A stretch of DNA of 64,000 bases from a bacterium (lineage in GTDB: Bacteria; Myxococcota_A; Bradymonadia; UBA7976; UBA1532), in contig JAUHXC010000036.1 in assembly GCA_030427205.1 (NCBI GenBank), positions 16,185 through 80,184 on the forward strand, in the 5' to 3' direction. The position numbers and the translations under genes are program-made. The notes below the pieces were generated by a model. The model was given only the letters and a program-made list of their open reading frames with translations, was not told the DNA's origin and ran no database searches. Positions 59,090 to 64,000 of this stretch are shown here, in pieces (within the stretch, counting starts at the first letter, position 1; every line of letters begins with the position of its first letter).

Positions 59090-60117
59090 CGGGCCGCCGC
59101 GTCGACGCGGGCGATCGGCAGGACGCCGCTCAGGCTGCCGGCGAGCAGCGGCGCCAGCTTCGCGCCGTCGATCTCGCCGGCGAGCCGGGTGCGGGCCCGC
59201 GACTCGTCCCGCGGATCGACCGCCGCGATGCCCGGCAGCTCGAGGGTCACCAGCTCGGCGCCCGCGCAGCGCTCGAGCCTCACCCGCAGCGTCAGCCGGC
59301 AGGTCGGTCCGAGGCCGCCTCGACGGCAGACGACCTCGCCGCTCGGGCGCGCGAGCAGGCCGCGACACGCACCGCGGTGGGGCGCGACCCCCAGCCGTGA
59401 GAAGCCGTCGATCAGGCCGTCCTCGACCCGCGCGGCCCAGGGCCCGTCGAAGCCGAGCGCCGGGGCGACGCCGATCATCAGCCCCGCCGCGCGCCGGGCG
59501 GCCTCGCCCTGCAGCGCCCGGTAGAGGGCGCGGTCTTCGGCGAAGTCAGCCGGCACGCCGCCCACGATCGCCGCGCGCTGCCAGCCCGCGCGGGCCAGCT
59601 CGGCGAAGTGGAACTCGGCGGTGCGCAGCGCCGTGGTGAACGGGATCCAGCGCTCGGCGCCGAGAGACAGCGCCGGGCCGGCCGCCGCGCGGAAGCGGGC
59701 CGACGGCTCGGCCGCCGCGTCGCGCAGGGCCCCGCCGGCCTCGGCCCGATCGAGCACCGCGACCGCCGTACAGCCGTCGGGGGCCGCAGGCCGCGGGCAG
59801 CGCTGCAGCGCCCGCGGCGTGCGGATGAGCTCCGCCCGGTCGAAGGTGGTCTCGGTGATGATCTGCTGCTCGGAGCGCTCGACCGATCCGGCGCTCGACT
59901 GCTGCGTCTCGACCGTCAGCCGCGCGGTGATGCGGGCCCGGATCTGGGCCGACAGCCGCACCCGGGCGTCATCGGCCGCCGCCAGCGCGGTCGGCCCCTG
60001 GCCCTCGGCGACGATGAATCGGGATTCGGGATACGGGGCGAGCGGGTCGGGCGGGGCATCGGGCGTGCCCCCGCAGCCGAGCAGGCACGCGGTCACGCAC
60101 AGGGCGGCCCACCTCAC
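59086..60117 (-). CDS. LPP20-like lipoprotein with a C-terminal extension
   Basis: Lipobox LLGC; YPESRFIVAEGQG...AADDARVRLSAQIRARI. Confidence 0.65.
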   Translation of the reverse strand: MRWAALCVTACLLGCGGTPDAPPDPLAPYPESRFIVAEGQGPTALAAADDARVRLSAQIRARITARLTVETQQSSAGSVERSEQQIITETTFDRAELIRTPRALQRCPRPAAPDGCTAVAVLDRAEAGGALRDAAAEPSARFRAAAGPALSLGAERWIPFTTALRTAEFHFAELARAGWQRAAIVGGVPADFAEDRALYRALQGEAARRAAGLMIGVAPALGFDGPWAARVEDGLIDGFSRLGVAPHRGACRGLLARPSGEVVCRRGGLGPTCRLTLRVRLERCAGAELVTLELPGIAAVDPRDESRARTRLAGEIDGAKLAPLLAGSLSGVLPIARVDAAAR

Positions 60118-61022
60118 TGGGGCCAGGCCACGGCCGCCCAGTGCCCCCGCGCGTCGCGGGCCAGCCGATGCCCGTGCCCCGGCAGCCGGGCGGGGTCGAT
60201 CGGCCGCGGGCTCCGGCAGACGACCACCGCGTCGACCACCTCCGCCTCGCGGGCGCTCGCGTGGTCGAACGCGACGTGCAGCTCGAGCACATAGCCCACG
60301 CCCTCGACGGGATCGGCCCGGCGCTGGCGCAGCAGCAGCTGACCGCCGCCGGCCTGGGTGCCGGCCACCGGCAGGCGGGCCGGGTCGATGCCCACCGCCT
60401 TCTGATGGGCCGCGACCACTGGATCGGCGGCTTTGATCAACGGCTCACCGGCGGCGCTGAACAGCTTCTGCTGCGCCGCGCAGCGCACATCGGCGCCGGC
60501 GTCGAAGCGGATGATCTGGCGGGTGCTGCCCACCGTATCGTCGACCGGCCCCGCGCTGCGCACCATGCCCCGGTTCACCCCGGGGCCTTTGTGGTGCAGA
60601 TCGGCGATCGCCATCAGCAGCGCCGCTTCGGCCGGGGCGCCCACCGGCAGGCTGCTCTCGCCGCACACCGCGGCGGGGCAGGTCGGGCTCGGGCCGGTCT
60701 CTTCGCGATCGAGGCGGCGCGGGTCGTGCTCGCTGCGGGCGTCGGCGGCGAGCAGGAAGGCCCGCGGCCCGCTCAGCGAGACGAGCACCTCGTACAGCCG
60801 CGGATCGTCGGGGTCGTCGATGGCGCGCAAGGGGTCGCGGCTGCCGGCCAGCCGGCGCATCGACGCGGAGGGGGGCGGGATGCCCAGCGCCGCCAGCGGC
60901 AGCGACGGGCTCACCCGCTGCCCGCCGGGGCCCGGATCGGGCAGATCGTCGGGGGCCACGGCGCCGCACGCGGCGAGGCCGGTGGCCAGCGCGGCGCACA
61001 GCAGGAGGGGCAGGGGGCGCAC
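60114..61022 (-). CDS. Hypothetical lipoprotein
   Basis: Lipobox LAAC; tightly packed between LPP20-like genes. Confidence 0.65.
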   Translation of the reverse strand: MRPLPLLLCAALATGLAACGAVAPDDLPDPGPGGQRVSPSLPLAALGIPPPSASMRRLAGSRDPLRAIDDPDDPRLYEVLVSLSGPRAFLLAADARSEHDPRRLDREETGPSPTCPAAVCGESSLPVGAPAEAALLMAIADLHHKGPGVNRGMVRSAGPVDDTVGSTRQIIRFDAGADVRCAAQQKLFSAAGEPLIKAADPVVAAHQKAVGIDPARLPVAGTQAGGGQLLLRQRRADPVEGVGYVLELHVAFDHASAREAEVVDAVVVCRSPRPIDPARLPGHGHRLARDARGHWAAVAWPQ

Positions 61023-61029
61023 CGGAAGG

Positions 61030-61578
61030 TTACTGGTTCTGCAGGCGGTCGAGCTGCATGTCGAGGTCCTTGAACTCGGCCTCGGAGCGCGCCTTGAGAG
61101 CGGCCCGCTGCTTCTGGCTGAGCTCGTTCATCCGGTCGAAGGCGCCGGCGAAGGACTCGGGGTCGAGGCAGACGAGCGCGTAGTACTGCTTGTCGTCGCC
61201 TTCGCTGACGTGGGCGATGCGGGTGCGTGTGCCGACCAGGGTCTGATCGACGATCTGGCGGCTGACCTGGGTGGTGAGCTCTTCGGTGAAGTCCTTGCCG
61301 TCGGTCTCGCCGGACTGCTGGTAGTCCTTGATCATGCCCTCGACCTTGGTGGCCAGCTCACGGGCGAGCGCGTCGCGGCCCCGGGCCTCGGCGGTGGTCT
61401 TTGCCATGCCCAGGTTGCCGCGGTGCTTGGCGATGCCGACGCCGCAGGCGTCGGGCGGGGTGAGGGCCCACTTGGGCGTATTCTCGGGCACGCCCTCGCT
61501 CTTGACCTGATCGCCGCCGCAGCCGAAGCAGAGCATGGCGCCGAGGGAGGCGCCGATCAACGCGTGGAGAGTCTTCAT
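61030..61578 (-). CDS. LPP20 family lipoprotein
   Basis: [24 protein letters not shown]...GVGIA...[28 protein letters not shown]...YYALVCLD. Confidence 0.8.
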   Translation of the reverse strand: MKTLHALIGASLGAMLCFGCGGDQVKSEGVPENTPKWALTPPDACGVGIAKHRGNLGMAKTTAEARGRDALARELATKVEGMIKDYQQSGETDGKDFTEELTTQVSRQIVDQTLVGTRTRIAHVSEGDDKQYYALVCLDPESFAGAFDRMNELSQKQRAALKARSEAEFKDLDMQLDRLQNQ

Positions 61579-61792
61579 TCGGGGGATCCTTTCGGTGTTC
61601 GGCGCGCCGCTTCCGGGCGCGCGTATTGGGTATCGTATGAGCCGTGAGCGGCCGCCCGACAGCGCCATCGGCGGTATATTCATGCAATCGGCCGATCGAT
61701 GGCATTTTTTTCGACACGTCGGGGCGCGCTCGACGTACATCCCACTCGCATGCTCTAATCTGCGCCGCAACCCGCCGATCGAGGACAACTCC

Positions 61793-63016
61793 ATGACGCA
61801 GCGTCTCACCGGCCGACTGGCTTTCCTGGGCCTCGCCGCCCTCACCCTGACCGTCTTCATGCCCGGCTGTACGCCGGACGATGGCGGCGGCAGCGATCCG
61901 GATCCGGTCGTCATCCCCCAGCTGCCCGAGCCCGAGGCGGAGCCCGAGCCCGCCGAGGAGCCGGAGCCGCAGCCCGAGCCCGAGCCCGTCGAAGAGCCCG
62001 AGCCGCAGCCGGAGCCCGAGCCGCAGCCCGAGCCCGAGCCCGAGCCGGCCAAGGACTGCACCGTCGAGAACGACTTCGCCGGCGCGGCCTACGAGCGGCT
62101 GCGCACCGAGGACGACGCGGTGCGCTACCTGTCGTTCTCCAGCACCGAGCCGCCCACCCGGGCGATGATCCTCGAGTTCCCCAACGGCCGCGGCGGCCCC
62201 GTGCCGGGCACCTACGATCTGGCCGAGATGGACCTCAACGAGTGCCAGGCGTGCCTCTTCGCCATCGAAGGCCTCGACCTGCAGACCGGCGATCGGGTCG
62301 GCACGCTGCTGCCCACCAGCGGCACCCTCGAGATCACCCAGGTCGGCGAGGTGGGCGAGACCTTCGTCGCCGAGCTGCGCGGGGTGACCTTCGAGCAGCA
62401 CGACATCCGCGAGGCGCCGCTCGGCGGCGGGGTCAACGCGACCAAGGTCGAAGACGGCGTGACCCTGTGCGCCGCCGAGCAGCGCATCGAGCAGACCGTG
62501 CTGCCCAGCCCGGCCCGGGTCGGCGAGTCGGTGCACGACTTCCAGCTGCAGAACTGCGAGACCGAGGAGTTCGTCTCGATGCACGAGATGACCGCCTCGA
62601 CCCCGCTCTTGTGGATCGTCGCCAGCGCCGGTTGGTGCAGCGCGTGCCGGCAGTACCTGCCGGGGGTCTTCAACCTGATGTCCGAGGTGCTGCACGAGCA
62701 GGCGCGGCTGATGATCGTCGTCGGCGAGAACGCCGCGTTCGACGCGCCGAGCCTCTCGTACTGCCGGCGCTACGCCAGCCACTACGGCCTCGAAGACGCC
62801 AGCCTGTTCTACATCGATCACGACGGCTTCGCGTCGTTCGCCACGATGTTCGGCCACATGAACGTCTACACCGACCAGAACGGCGCCTTCGGCCTGCCGT
62901 GGAACGCGCTGCTCACCGGCGAGGTGGGCGAGGTGACCTACACCTACTCCGACCGCTCGGGGCAGCCCGAGACCCTCGTCGACTACCTGCAGGGCGCCGG
63001 GCTCGACGTCGAGTAA
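61793..63016 (+). CDS. Lipoprotein with a Pro-Glu linker and C-terminal thioredoxin-like domain
   Basis: Lipobox-like MPGC; PE tract; [28 protein letters not shown]. Confidence 0.85.
   Translation: MTQRLTGRLAFLGLAALTLTVFMPGCTPDDGGGSDPDPVVIPQLPEPEAEPEPAEEPEPQPEPEPVEEPEPQPEPEPQPEPEPEPAKDCTVENDFAGAAYERLRTEDDAVRYLSFSSTEPPTRAMILEFPNGRGGPVPGTYDLAEMDLNECQACLFAIEGLDLQTGDRVGTLLPTSGTLEITQVGEVGETFVAELRGVTFEQHDIREAPLGGGVNATKVEDGVTLCAAEQRIEQTVLPSPARVGESVHDFQLQNCETEEFVSMHEMTASTPLLWIVASAGWCSACRQYLPGVFNLMSEVLHEQARLMIVVGENAAFDAPSLSYCRRYASHYGLEDASLFYIDHDGFASFATMFGHMNVYTDQNGAFGLPWNALLTGEVGEVTYTYSDRSGQPETLVDYLQGAGLDVE
61924..62047 (+). repeat. GAGCCC/GAGCCG low-complexity repeat encoding a (PE)n linker
   Basis: Directly visible in the sequence. 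Confidence 0.85.
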
Positions 63017-63033
63017 CCCGCGCCCCGGCCGCC

Positions 63034-63615
63034 TCAGGCCGCCTCCCGGGGCTGCGCCTCGGACCCCACCACCTCCTCGAGCATGACCGGATGGGCGAAG
63101 CGGCAGCCGTGCCGCTCCACCAGCCCGTTGGCCAGCGTCAGCGGGTCGACCGGCGCCTGCCGGGCGTCCGCCCGCAGCACGTAGCCCCGGTCGAGGAACC
63201 GGATCGGACGCTCGACCGCCCAGCCGTCGGCGCGGATGGCGTGCGCCGCCGTCGCCGCCGAGGTGCCCGCCGGAAACTGGGCCACCACCGCGCCGGTGGG
63301 GCACAGCAGCAGCGCCTTGCGCACGAGCACCGGCGTCGCGTCGGGCAGGGGCGGGTCGCCGACGTCGTCCGGGGCGAGCAGCGGCGCGCGGGCGTCGGCG
63401 CGGATCCAGCGCAGGATCGTGCGCCGATCGGGCTCGGGCCGCCCGATCCGATCGAGCAGTGAGCGGCGCACGAGCAAGGCGTGGCGCCGGGCGAGCGGCA
63501 CCACCGCCCACGCCGGGGCGGGCTGCAGCGCCTCGGGGGCGCGGGGCACGACGAAGGCGCACGACGATACGTACACCGGCACCCGCCGACCGGCGCGGTG
63601 AAAATAGGACTCCAT
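63034..63615 (-). CDS. Hypothetical protein resembling a subtilase N-terminal pro-region
   Basis: ATG after AGGAG; YFHRAGRRVPV...TGAVVAQF...LTLANGLVERHGCRFAHPVM. Confidence 0.6.
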   Translation of the reverse strand: MESYFHRAGRRVPVYVSSCAFVVPRAPEALQPAPAWAVVPLARRHALLVRRSLLDRIGRPEPDRRTILRWIRADARAPLLAPDDVGDPPLPDATPVLVRKALLLCPTGAVVAQFPAGTSAATAAHAIRADGWAVERPIRFLDRGYVLRADARQAPVDPLTLANGLVERHGCRFAHPVMLEEVVGSEAQPREAA

Positions 63616-63865
63616 GGTGCTGTCTCCTGGTCCGGGGTGAGCCCCCAGCGTTCCAGGACACTCTAGCGGACCCCTGTTGCCACCCCTCCGTCAGCAGAGA
63701 TCGCGGGCGGCCCGGTTTTCCCCTGGTCTACGGTCCCGCGGGCGTGCCGACCGGGCGACAGATCGCCAGCGGCCGCACGTCACATGCAATCAGCGCCACA
63801 GCCCCGCGCACCGAGCCGCGGCTGCTGGTACACTCGTGCACCTCAACACCGGGATGCCTGCCTCG

Positions 63866-64000
63866 ATGTCGAACCTCTCCCGCGCGCTGATCGGGCTGCT
63901 CGCCGCGCTCGCCGGGCCGGCGCTGGCCCAGACGCCAGCCGCCCCAGCGCCCGCCGAGCCCGCCCCTGCGCCCGCCGAGCCCGCCCCTGCGCCCGCCGAG
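63866..64000 (+). CDS. Secreted protein, 5' part only, with 21-bp APAPAEP repeats
   Basis: Not in the track. MSNLSRALIGLLAALAGPALA-QTPAAPAPAEPAPAPAEPAPAPAE runs to the window end. Confidence 0.7.
   Translation, partial: MSNLSRALIGLLAALAGPALAQTPAAPAPAEPAPAPAEPAPAPAE

Overview
A very GC-rich bacterial window with about 50 densely packed genes. Its style suggests Myxococcota/deltaproteobacteria (inference from the Cys-rich C-N-G-x-D-D-D-C-D-G repeat proteins, many lipoproteins with low-complexity linkers, and DUF1844). I found no rRNA, tRNA, CRISPR array or transposase. Main blocks: (1) 4.0-10.2 kb, a divergent class III adenylyl cyclase facing a five-gene partner-switching operon (degenerate kinase-like protein, STAS-like/SAM methyltransferase fusion, Cache-HAMP-PP2C phosphatase, GHKL-type kinase, stand-alone STAS); (2) a giant Cys-repeat surface protein and a recC with no recB/recD beside it; (3) MATE, HEAT, P450 and GGT genes; (4) a WYL regulator followed by a lower-GC RloA/RloB-like ATPase-TOPRIM pair; (5) HtrA/DUF1844 and a complete MoxR-DUF58-Bat operon; (6) a secreted collagen/fibre protein with three C-terminal domains resembling animal CTHRC1, followed by a Cys-rich protein; (7) CapA, RecQ, M48 peptidase, heme peroxidase, USP, HupE/UreJ and an LPP20-lipoprotein/thioredoxin cluster. 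The two best candidates for undescribed biology are the duplicated 'active plus pseudo' kinase/STAS switch with methyltransferase and cyclase outputs, and the CTHRC1-like fibre. All family calls are by motif recognition; no searches were run. Many starts were moved from the ORF track using RBS and signal-peptide evidence.
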